Below, one piece after another: positions 24,991 through 33,086 of a DNA stretch of 35,730 nucleotides. Both the position numbers and the translations under genes were made by a program. Numbering within the stretch: the first letter of the stretch is position 1; every line of letters begins with the position of its first letter. Source of the stretch: an uncultured Candidatus Bathyarchaeia archaeon (GTDB lineage: Archaea > Thermoproteota > Bathyarchaeia > TCS64); contig CAYUTB010000002.1 of assembly GCA_964447425.1 (NCBI GenBank), positions 7,770 through 43,499 on the forward strand. Reading direction: 5' to 3'. The notes below the pieces were generated by a model. It was not told where the DNA came from and did no database searches. It saw only the letters and a program-made list of their open reading frames with translations.

Positions 24991-26559
24991 GTGGAATACG
25001 ATTACGTAATAAAGAATGGAAAAATACTTGATGGAACCGGAAACCCGTGGTTCTACGCTGATGTAGGGATCGATGAGGGCATTATCAGGAAGATAGGCAG
25101 GATCGATGAGAGACCAGAGGCAGTGATAGACGCCAAAGGGTACATTATCTCCCCGGGATTCATTGACATTCACAGCCACAGCGACCTACCGATAGTTATT
25201 GACCCGCTTGCCCAGAGCAAGATCAGACAAGGAGTCACCACAGAGGTAATTGGGCAGTGCGGAAACTCAGCTGCACCTATGAACGAGGAAGTGAAAGAGT
25301 ACCGTAAAAAGTACAATAGTAGCAGAGTGCCTGAAGGCTTCGAGTACAACTGGAGCACCATGAAGAGCTACCTTGACCTCCTTGAGAGACATGGAGTAGC
25401 TGTGAACATCGCCCCTGTTGTTGGGCACGGCACTGTCCGCCAGAACGTGATGGGCTACGAGAACAGAGAGCCAACTGAGAGCGAATTAGAGGATATGCGT
25501 AAACTGGTAAGAGAAGCAATGATGGATGGAGCCTGGGGGATGAGCACAGGGCTCATCTATCCGCCCAGCGTCTACGGAAAACAGCCCGAGATAACAGAAC
25601 TCACCAAGGTGGTCGCTGAGTATGATGGGGTCTACTTCAGCCACATCAGGGGAGAAGGTGATACCCTCATGGATGCAGTCACAGAGGCATGCGAGATAGG
25701 GAAAGACAGTGGAGCCCCCGTTCAGATAGCCCACTTCAAGGCAAGTGGGAGAGCAAGCTGGGGAAAAACAGTTGATAGCTTGGCGCTAGTCGAGAAGTAT
25801 AGGCAAATGGGTGTGGATGTCACTTTTGACCAGTATCCGTATATTGCCTCTAGCACGAATCTCACCGCGTTGCTCCCACACTGGAGCCAAGAGGGAGGCG
25901 CAGCGAGACTCCTAGAATACCTGAATGATCCCTCGATGCGTGAGAAACTGAAGAACGATATGAGGCTCAGATACGATTGGAGCGAGATACTGGTAACCAG
26001 CGCCGAGAAAAATCCCCAATACAACGGCAAGAACATGGAGGAGGTAGCAGCAATGATGAACAAGGAGCCCTTCACGGCTTACTTCGACCTACTCGTCATG
26101 GAGAACACTCAGGTCCCCAGTGTCATGTTTGGTATGAGTGAAGAGGATGTGAGACGCGTCATGAAGAGCCCATACATGATGGTTGGAAGCGACGGCTCAG
26201 CCATAAGCCCAACAGGAATATGGGAGAACACAGTACCACACCCAAGACTCTACGGCACATTCCCACGGGTCCTAGGCTACTATGTCAGGGAGGGAGTTCT
26301 GCCACTACCGGAGGCAGTGCGTAAGATGACCAGCGCGCCAGCCCAGAAACTGGGTTTAAGGGATAGAGGAATGCTCAGAGAGGGCTGGGTCGCTGACATC
26401 ACTGTCTTCAACCCCGATACTATACTAGATGTTGCGACATTCACCGACCCACAGCGATACGCTGCAGGAATACACTACGTATTCGTAAACGGTGAGATAG
26501 TCGTCGATAAGGGAGAACATACTGGCGCTCTTCCAGGTAAAGCCTTGAGGAAAAAGTAA
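24991..26559 (+). CDS. D-aminoacylase family amidohydrolase, copy 2 (tandem paralog)
   Basis: 522 aa, GTG start, with the same motif set: 'PGFIDIHSHSD', 'TEVIGQCG', 'SHIRGEG', 'QIAHFK', 'VGSDG', 'YGTFPRVLGYYVRE'. It is diverged from copy 1 by roughly 40% by eye. Confidence 0.85.
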   Translation: MEYDYVIKNGKILDGTGNPWFYADVGIDEGIIRKIGRIDERPEAVIDAKGYIISPGFIDIHSHSDLPIVIDPLAQSKIRQGVTTEVIGQCGNSAAPMNEEVKEYRKKYNSSRVPEGFEYNWSTMKSYLDLLERHGVAVNIAPVVGHGTVRQNVMGYENREPTESELEDMRKLVREAMMDGAWGMSTGLIYPPSVYGKQPEITELTKVVAEYDGVYFSHIRGEGDTLMDAVTEACEIGKDSGAPVQIAHFKASGRASWGKTVDSLALVEKYRQMGVDVTFDQYPYIASSTNLTALLPHWSQEGGAARLLEYLNDPSMREKLKNDMRLRYDWSEILVTSAEKNPQYNGKNMEEVAAMMNKEPFTAYFDLLVMENTQVPSVMFGMSEEDVRRVMKSPYMMVGSDGSAISPTGIWENTVPHPRLYGTFPRVLGYYVREGVLPLPEAVRKMTSAPAQKLGLRDRGMLREGWVADITVFNPDTILDVATFTDPQRYAAGIHYVFVNGEIVVDKGEHTGALPGKALRKK

Positions 26560-26591
26560 AATTTCCTCACCCCTTTTTTAAAATAAGGGTA

Positions 26592-27056
26592 TTACAGGTT
26601 GTTTATCATCCTGAAATCTTCTTTTACTGTGTTCAGGACCACGTGGGTGTTTGTTCGTTCAACGTTTTCCATACCCAACAGGTCTTTGGGGAACTCACTC
26701 AGCTCACGCCTATTCCTGAACTTGGCGATGACCACGCTATCGATCTCACCGGTAACATCGTAGACCGCGCATACATATGGTAGTTTTGCGATCTCTTCTT
26801 GGGTCTCGATGAGCTTTCCACGGCTCACAGTTACCTCCATGATGACTGTCAGCTCGAATCCGAGGCGCTCAAAGTCAAGCATCACAGTGTAGTCTGTTAT
26901 TACCCCGGCGGATTCGAGGCGCTGTATGTGATTGATGACCGTTGCAGCCGATACGCCTATTGCCTTGGCTATCTCTCGGCTACTCCTGTTGCTATTTAGT
27001 AGAAGCTCTGCCAAGATTTTTTTATCTATCTCATCTAGTGCGAACATTTTTATCAT
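26592..27056 (-). CDS. lrp: Lrp/AsnC-family transcriptional regulator
   Basis: 154 aa. HTH 'LDEIDKKILAELLLNSNRSSREIAKAIGVSAATVINHIQRLESAGVI' plus a RAM/ACT-like C-terminal domain. Confidence 0.9.
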   Translation of the reverse strand: MIKMFALDEIDKKILAELLLNSNRSSREIAKAIGVSAATVINHIQRLESAGVITDYTVMLDFERLGFELTVIMEVTVSRGKLIETQEEIAKLPYVCAVYDVTGEIDSVVIAKFRNRRELSEFPKDLLGMENVERTNTHVVLNTVKEDFRMINNL

Positions 27057-27336
27057 CCAAGTGTTTACTGATTTCTAATTCAAGTATACGCATGTATATG
27101 AACTTATCTCTTTGATTCGTATATGTTTAGGTTTTAGTCATATTAATTAACATGTGTGTGCCCCCGCGAGGTTGATTTTAACAGAGGCTTGTAAAACACC
27201 TGTATTTTCAATAAAATTAACATAAAAATATCAAAATAAGTAAACATAAGGAGACCAAGAAGTGTATAATCTATACAAATGTTTAGCGTTACACGAATAA
27301 AGTATATATATGTGAATAGTGGTTGGGGTGGTTATT

Positions 27337-28719
27337 ATGGTTTCAAGTGAATTAACAAACGGAGAAGCCGTTAAAACAATAATGGACAAGGTCAAGAGAC
27401 ATGATATCAAATATGTCAGATTAATCATAATTGACCCCAACGGCGCACCCAGAGCAATGCTCATCCCCGAGTACCAGGTAAGGGACAGCCTAGAAAACGG
27501 AGTAGCATTCGATGGCAGTAGCATACCCGGCTTCGCCGAGGTAAACAATAGTGATCTGAACCTTCATCCTGATCCCTCTACCTTCCTAGTACCTATGTGG
27601 GAGACCCCTGGCATAGCCCTCATGTTCTGCTACGTCAGTAACCCCGATGGCTCAGCCTTCGCAGGAGATCCCCGCGGTAACTTGAAGAGAACCGTAGACG
27701 AACTGGAGAAGAAAGGTTATGGCTTCAACACAGGGCCAGAACTCGAATATATGTACGTCACAGACGACAATGGAAAAGTGGCGCCTTTCGGCAAGGGCGG
27801 ATACTTCGACGCTCCACCACTGGACCCAACTGAGGACGTGAAACTTGAGACCCTCATGTGCTTAGAGGATGCTGGTTTCCAGATAGACAGGGTTCACCAT
27901 GAGGCTGCGCAGGGTCAACAAGAGATCAACTTCAGGTACAGCGAGGCATTGAAGACCGCGGACAACGTCATGCTCTACAAGCTTGCGGTGAAGACCATCG
28001 CCCAGAAACATGGTACAACTGCTACATTCATGCCAAAGCCTTTCTGGGGCGTCAACGGCAGCGGATGCCACATTCACCAGAGCATAATAGAGTTGGATAC
28101 AGGCAAGAACATCTTCAGCGATCCGGATACAGAGTTTGGACTAAGCGAGACAGCGATACACTATATCGGAGGGCTGCTCAAACACGCTCAGGCTATGAGC
28201 ATGGTCGTTACTCCGCTGGTCAATAGCTACAAGCGTCTAGTGCCTCACTACGAGGCACCCGTCTATGTTGCGTGGGGATACGCCAATAGAAGCGCTATAG
28301 TGAGGGTGCCACTGGCGCCGGGCGAGAAGAACAAGGTTACGAGAATCGAGTATAGGCACCCTGATCCCAGCTGCAACCCATACCTAGCATCAGTGTTACT
28401 GCTGAAATCTGGCTGGGAGGGCATCGAGAAGAAGATCGAGCCCATCGCGGATATACAGGAAAACATCTTTGATCTTAACAAGAAACAGCTAAATGATTAT
28501 GGTGTAACATTTCTGCCAGAAAACCTCGGTGAGGCAGTCGATTCCTTTGAGGAAGATGTTTCTATGAAGGGGTTCCTCGGTGATTTCCTCTTTGAGAACC
28601 TGATCGAGCTCAAACGGGATGAGTACAAGTCCTATATGGATTATACTGGTGTCGAGTGGGCAGCGAGCAGGCCAAAGATTACTCCTTGGGAGTATGAGAG
28701 ATACCTCACGAGAGCCTAG
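27337..28719 (+). CDS. glnA: Glutamine synthetase, type I
   Basis: About 460 aa from ATG 27337. Motifs: 'FDGSSIPGF', 'GPELEYM', 'HHEAAQGQQEINF', 'TFMPKP...NGSGCHIHQS', 'NSYKRLVP...EAP', 'NRSAIVRVP'. Confidence 0.95.
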   Translation: MVSSELTNGEAVKTIMDKVKRHDIKYVRLIIIDPNGAPRAMLIPEYQVRDSLENGVAFDGSSIPGFAEVNNSDLNLHPDPSTFLVPMWETPGIALMFCYVSNPDGSAFAGDPRGNLKRTVDELEKKGYGFNTGPELEYMYVTDDNGKVAPFGKGGYFDAPPLDPTEDVKLETLMCLEDAGFQIDRVHHEAAQGQQEINFRYSEALKTADNVMLYKLAVKTIAQKHGTTATFMPKPFWGVNGSGCHIHQSIIELDTGKNIFSDPDTEFGLSETAIHYIGGLLKHAQAMSMVVTPLVNSYKRLVPHYEAPVYVAWGYANRSAIVRVPLAPGEKNKVTRIEYRHPDPSCNPYLASVLLLKSGWEGIEKKIEPIADIQENIFDLNKKQLNDYGVTFLPENLGEAVDSFEEDVSMKGFLGDFLFENLIELKRDEYKSYMDYTGVEWAASRPKITPWEYERYLTRA

Positions 28720-28722
28720 CTC

Positions 28723-29130
28723 TCACTCTTTTTCCATTATAAAATCGCAGTTTATCTGTATAATTTTCTCTGGGAAATCCTCTAATTCGGACTGCATCTT
28801 CAGATACCATGATTCAAGGTTCTTTGATATGGTCTCCTTGAGGCGCTCAGGTGGTATGGGTTTATAGATGTACTTGTAGCCGCCCAACCCAATGAGCTCC
28901 TCCTCTCGTGTAGCCAACCCTTTTTCCACAAGGTTCTGCAGGAGTCGCTGGGCTGTTGATCGGCTTTTTCCAATAAAGTCTGTGGCTTCCTGTATGGTTA
29001 CTGGTCCCTTGTTTACCAATACGCAGTATGCTTGGATCTCTGTTCTTTTGATGCCTAGGGCGCATTTGATGAGCTCTTGGGGGGTTATCTCCTGTGCGTT
29101 GAGGATGTGCTGGATGTCTATCAGACTCAT
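28723..29130 (-). CDS. TrmB/MarR-type winged-helix transcriptional regulator
   Basis: 135 aa from ATG 29130 (the track start at 29142 is TTG). 'IQAYCVLVNKGPVTIQEATDFIGKSRSTAQRLLQNLVEKGLATRE'. A TATTTAAA box (29157-29164, minus strand) is centred about 26 bp upstream of a near-leaderless TSS. Confidence 0.7.
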   Translation of the reverse strand: MSLIDIQHILNAQEITPQELIKCALGIKRTEIQAYCVLVNKGPVTIQEATDFIGKSRSTAQRLLQNLVEKGLATREEELIGLGGYKYIYKPIPPERLKETISKNLESWYLKMQSELEDFPEKIIQINCDFIMEKE

Positions 29131-29204
29131 AACTATGTTCAATGATGGTGAACACCTTTAAATACCTTTATATTTTGTCACAGACAAACCAGAAGTGAAA
29201 CAAA

Positions 29205-29522
29205 TTGAGCAAAACTGTAGAAGTAACAGATGCAACATTCGACCAGTTCGTAAAAGAAAACCCAAAAGTAGTAATAGACTGCTGGGCAGCCTGGTGCGCC
29301 CCATGCAGAATGCTATCGCCGGTCATCGATGAGATAGCGGAGCATACAACAGACATCAAATTCGCAAAACTCGATGTAGACCACAACAGATCCATACCCA
29401 TGAAGTACGGGATCATGAGCATACCCACACTCCTCTACTTCAAAGACGGAGTGCTAGTAGACAAAACCCTCGGCGCGCTACCAAAAACAGCCATCGAGGC
29501 AAGGCTAGCCAAACTAGCCTAA
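29205..29522 (+). CDS. trxA: Thioredoxin
   Basis: 105 aa with active site 'WAAWCAPCRM' and 'GIMSIPTLLYFKDG'. The only possible start is TTG 29205, because an in-frame TGA lies at 29196. Confidence 0.9.
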   Translation: MSKTVEVTDATFDQFVKENPKVVIDCWAAWCAPCRMLSPVIDEIAEHTTDIKFAKLDVDHNRSIPMKYGIMSIPTLLYFKDGVLVDKTLGALPKTAIEARLAKLA

Positions 29523-30064
29523 TTTTTCTGACTCAGTTTTTCAGTTATCTTCAAAAGCTCATCAGGACTAATTGGTTTTAGCAGAATCTCATCCCTGCTG
29601 ATGCCCTCGATGCTCTCATCTTCCAAGACCTCTACCTGACCCGTCAGGAGAACTACGTTCATATCCTTGTTTCGTTCTTTGAGCCGTTTGGATAATTCAG
29701 ACCCATTGGTATCTGGGAGTCTGTAGTCTAGGATAGCCATATCGAAATCCTGCTGGCTCGCTTTCAAGAGCGCCTGATTGCCCGTCTGGGCGGTCTCAAC
29801 CATGAAACCCGAGTCCTCTAGCAGCATCTTGAATGTATCTGTAAGGAACTCGTCGTCATCCACAATAAGTACCCTGAAGGCTTTCTTTTGTGAATGCTTT
29901 GACTGTTCATCGTATTCATGTAAAGCTTGACTGAAGTCCGGGTGCCCATCCAGTGCAGCCACTATGTTCTCCATCCTCTCAACGAGCATATCCATTTTCT
30001 TCTCATGCTCATTAAGAACATTAATGATTAAGTCAAGTACGTCTATCTTTTCGGGGAAACTCAT
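29519..30064 (-). CDS. Response regulator, receiver (CheY-like) domain only, with a roughly 60-aa N-terminal helical extension
   Basis: 181 aa. 'RVLIVDDDEF', 'DMAILDYRLPDTNG', 'VVLLTG' and 'LLKP' are the REC motifs. There is no output domain and no histidine kinase in the window. Confidence 0.85.
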   Translation of the reverse strand: MSFPEKIDVLDLIINVLNEHEKKMDMLVERMENIVAALDGHPDFSQALHEYDEQSKHSQKKAFRVLIVDDDEFLTDTFKMLLEDSGFMVETAQTGNQALLKASQQDFDMAILDYRLPDTNGSELSKRLKERNKDMNVVLLTGQVEVLEDESIEGISRDEILLKPISPDELLKITEKLSQKN

Positions 30065-30140
30065 AGTTGGGCACCGGAGTTATTGATATACTCTATATCG
30101 GTTAAGTATATAGGTTTTGAGGTTGATGTTGAGAATGTAT

Positions 30141-30158
30141 TTGAAATACGTATTTCAA
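30141..30158. promoter_or_regulatory. Perfect 18-bp palindrome TTGAAATACGTATTTCAA
   Basis: Verified as self-complementary base by base. It lies 77-94 bp upstream of the response-regulator start and 68 bp downstream of the glutaredoxin-like gene. Candidate dimeric regulator site. Confidence 0.5.
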
Positions 30159-30225
30159 CTATCATAGTAAATAGAAATAAATAATTACTGAAAATGAGTA
30201 AATAAGAAGATGAAATATTATATAA

Positions 30226-30471
30226 TTAAAGTTCTAACGCAGATAGAATGGTTGTTTCATCCACCACTCCGGTGAATGTCTTTTCGTTAATGAGTATGAT
30301 TGGGGCATCCATTAGCTTCTTCTTCATCGCCTCGTTGATATATGTTTGAAGCCCCTGCTCCACCAGCTGCACCTCGGGGTGTGTTTCCTGTATCTTCTGG
30401 ATGCGTTTTTTCATTATTCTACACTTCGGGCATAGTGGTACAGTTATTAGGGTTACCCGGTGGTCGTGCAT
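30226..30471 (-). CDS. Glutaredoxin-like (NrdH/YruB-type) small thioredoxin-fold protein
   Basis: 81 aa from ATG 30471: 'VTLITVPLCPKCRIMKK...PIILINEKTFTG', with a CPxC active site. An ATATAAAT box (minus strand, 30493-30500) is centred about 26 bp upstream of this ATG. This supports the short form over the track's 146-aa ORF. Confidence 0.75.
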   Translation of the reverse strand: MHDHRVTLITVPLCPKCRIMKKRIQKIQETHPEVQLVEQGLQTYINEAMKKKLMDAPIILINEKTFTGVVDETTILSALEL

Positions 30472-30550
30472 GTCCTTTGATTGGGATGGGTGATTTATAT
30501 TGATTATCGAAACCCCTAAATAATCAGTATCGCTAGTGATATTTAGAGAG

Positions 30551-30709
30551 ATGTTTGGCATCCTTCTAATACCCATAATGTTGATCATCGGGATATTCTT
30601 CCTGATGGCATCCATAACGGCAGGGGTGGGTCTTGTGCTGAAACTGACACTCGCACTGATCTTCATCCCGGTGAGGATATTGCTCTGGTTGATTGGATTG
30701 ATATTCTAA
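30551..30709 (+). CDS. Small, highly hydrophobic two-TM protein (52 aa)
   Basis: Not in the track. Translation: 'MFGILLIPIMLIIGIFFLMASITAGVGLVLKLTLALIFIPVRILLWLIGLIF*'. It is antisense to the implausible N-terminal extension of the 30226..30666 ORF, and 110 bp upstream of the DUF401-type gene. Confidence 0.45.
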   Translation: MFGILLIPIMLIIGIFFLMASITAGVGLVLKLTLALIFIPVRILLWLIGLIF

Positions 30710-30819
30710 GTGTACAGCCAAGGGCGCCGAGGAGTTGCAGACAACATGTAGCAGCCTAGAATTTTTCTCATCTTTTATATAGAGACACTGTGTATCGTAG
30801 AAGAACACAGGTCCTCATT

Positions 30820-32016
30820 ATGATTGAAGTCATAGGTTTGTTGGTGGCATTCGCGGGGATATTCGTACTCAGGGCAAAGAACGTTGAATTCTATGTAGCA
30901 ATCACGATAGCTGCATTGATAATTGGTTTAACATCGGGGAAGCCTCCCACCATCCTGTTTGATGTGCTGTTGACCACGTTATCGGCTTACAATACTTGGA
31001 ATTTGGTTTTGGCTGTTGCGCTTATCACTGTTCTCGGCTATGCCTTGAAAGAGACTGGGCTGATGGTGCGGTTCATCGAGGGACTCAGCAAGGTGCTCCC
31101 GGGAAACATACTGCTGGCTACGATCCCAGCTTTATTCGGTTTTCTCTCTATGCCGGGTGGAGCCTTGATGTCTGCTCCATTTATTGAGCCAGAGGCGAAC
31201 AAGCTTGGGTTGGACGCTGAGGCTAAGACCTATTATAATGTCTGGTTCCGGCATCTGCTCTACTGGGTGAACCCCATCACATCATCCACGATTATGGCTG
31301 TTACCCTCAGCGGCTTTGCCATCAACACATGGCTTAGAGTTCAGGCTCCCCTCTTCTTCGTCATGACTGCCATCGGCTTCATAGCGAGCAGGGGCTTCAT
31401 CAAGACCCCTAAGAAGAATGGTGGACTCAAGGGATTGACCCTTGAAAGTATGAAGGGCGGTATACCCATTCTCGTGACTGTTGCGTTGACTCTTTTCGGG
31501 GTATCGATATGGGCGTCTCTATTGGCGGGTATCTTCGTCGCCATGCTGCTTGGTAAGGTGAAACCTGAGCAGGGGCTTATGATGTTCAAGAATGGGGTCC
31601 AGTGGGATCTTGCCTTAGCCATCATCAGCATGCTTTACCTAAAAGATATGATTGAGGCCACTGGTTCAGTGACAGGTCTCCTTGAGGTTGTAATCGAATC
31701 CGGTGTACCTGTACTTGCCATCGCGATTGTGGTTCCTTTGTTCATTGGGGCTATCTCGGGCTCACCCGCCATGGGGGTCGGAATAGCCTTCCCCATATTG
31801 CTGCCATTATTCGGTGCGCCAAACATACACTTAACCAGCATAGTGTTTCTGGGGATCACCTGTACATACATTACTTCGCCTCTGCACCTATGCTTGGTGC
31901 TGACGAACAGCTACTTCAAATCGGATCTGAACAAGGTAATCAAGTACCTCGCACCCAGCTGCCTCGCACTGTACCTAATCGGTTTAGCCTACCACCTGTT
32001 CCTGTACATGTTTTAA
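30820..32016 (+). CDS. Polytopic membrane protein, DUF401-like putative transporter
   Basis: About 398 aa from ATG 30820, with more than 10 predicted TM helices. 'LFGFLSMPGGALMSAPFIE' resembles the DUF401 family as I recall it. Unverified. Confidence 0.65.
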   Translation: MIEVIGLLVAFAGIFVLRAKNVEFYVAITIAALIIGLTSGKPPTILFDVLLTTLSAYNTWNLVLAVALITVLGYALKETGLMVRFIEGLSKVLPGNILLATIPALFGFLSMPGGALMSAPFIEPEANKLGLDAEAKTYYNVWFRHLLYWVNPITSSTIMAVTLSGFAINTWLRVQAPLFFVMTAIGFIASRGFIKTPKKNGGLKGLTLESMKGGIPILVTVALTLFGVSIWASLLAGIFVAMLLGKVKPEQGLMMFKNGVQWDLALAIISMLYLKDMIEATGSVTGLLEVVIESGVPVLAIAIVVPLFIGAISGSPAMGVGIAFPILLPLFGAPNIHLTSIVFLGITCTYITSPLHLCLVLTNSYFKSDLNKVIKYLAPSCLALYLIGLAYHLFLYMF

Positions 32017-32060
32017 CGGGAATCTTTTAACAAGCCCTATCCAATTCCTCTTTGAGTGTC

Positions 32061-33086
32061 TTGGGAGTCCTCTTAACACCGCTGATACAGAAAAGGGAGA
32101 TGACCCTAGAGGAACTGCGCGGCAAAAGCTTCGCAGTAGACGGCTTTATAGTGCTCCACGAGTTCTTGGCGCTCATAAGGGATCGACAAGGAGTGCCTCT
32201 TACAGATGAACAGGGGAATATCACGAGCCATCTTGTGGGGCTTGCTTTCAGAACCACTCGCCTTGTCTCGGATTATGATATGAAGCTGGTCTTTGTATTT
32301 GACGGTAAGCCCCCTTCATTAAAACGGGAAGAGATCACAAAGAGGAAGGCGACGCGTAGGAAAGCAGAGGAAGAGTACAGAGAAGCATTGGATCGGGGAG
32401 ACATGCAGGAAGCCTTCAGCAAGGCAGTTATGACGGGGCGACTCACAAAACAGGGGCTAGATGACGCGAAGCATCTGCTGGATCTGCTTGGGATTCCTTG
32501 GGTTCAGGCACCCGGCGAAGGGGAGGCTCAGGCAGCGTATATGGCGCAGCGTGGTGATGTCTGGGCTTCCAATAGCAAGGACTATGACTCGTTGCTATTC
32601 GGTGCACCGCGGCTAGTCCGTTTCCTTAGCATAAATAGTCAGGAGTGGCTGCCCAGTAAGGGTAGGGCGAGGCAGGTGCTTCCTGAGTTGATCGATTTGG
32701 AATATTTTCTTGGTCATTATGAAATCACTCGTCCTCAGTTGATCGATATGGGGATACTGATAGGCACAGACTTTAACCCCGGTGTCAAGGGAATAGGGCC
32801 AAAGACGGCGTTGAAGCTCATAAAGAAGCATGGGAGATTGGAGAATCTCCCAGATGATATCCGGGAAAAGCTTCCTGATACAGTTGATGAGATTAGAGAT
32901 TACTTCATGAATCCCCCAGTAACTGGAGAGTACAGTGTTGAACGTGGGGAGTTACAGGAAGACGCATTGGATGATTTTCTCTGCGGGGAGAAAAACTTCT
33001 CAACCCGCCGAGTCCAGACCCTCATAAACAGGATGAGAAACAGAGCCGCTCAGAAATCCCTCAAAGATTACTTCGGAGGCAGCTGA
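32061..33086 (+). CDS. fen: Flap endonuclease 1
   Basis: Strong similarity to archaeal FEN1: 'ITSHLVGL', 'VFVFDGKPP', 'VQAPGEGEAQAAYM', 'SKDYDSLLFGAPRLVR', 'GTDFNPGVKGIGPKTALKLI', and a C-terminal PIP box 'QKSLKDYF'. TTG 32061 yields the conserved MGV N-terminus; the track start at 32052 is also TTG. Confidence 0.95.
   Translation: MGVLLTPLIQKREMTLEELRGKSFAVDGFIVLHEFLALIRDRQGVPLTDEQGNITSHLVGLAFRTTRLVSDYDMKLVFVFDGKPPSLKREEITKRKATRRKAEEEYREALDRGDMQEAFSKAVMTGRLTKQGLDDAKHLLDLLGIPWVQAPGEGEAQAAYMAQRGDVWASNSKDYDSLLFGAPRLVRFLSINSQEWLPSKGRARQVLPELIDLEYFLGHYEITRPQLIDMGILIGTDFNPGVKGIGPKTALKLIKKHGRLENLPDDIREKLPDTVDEIRDYFMNPPVTGEYSVERGELQEDALDDFLCGEKNFSTRRVQTLINRMRNRAAQKSLKDYFGGS

Noticed and set aside
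23372-26559. The two amidohydrolase genes as an assembly duplication artefact
   Set aside because: The copies are clearly diverged at both protein and nucleotide level (roughly 60% amino-acid identity by eye). They are genuine paralogs.
30472-30666. N-terminal extension of the 146-aa minus-strand ORF (glutaredoxin-like)
   Set aside because: The thioredoxin-fold core starts near ATG 30471, which has a TATA box about 26 bp upstream. The extension has the composition of an antisense shadow of the hydrophobic plus-strand 52-aa ORF.
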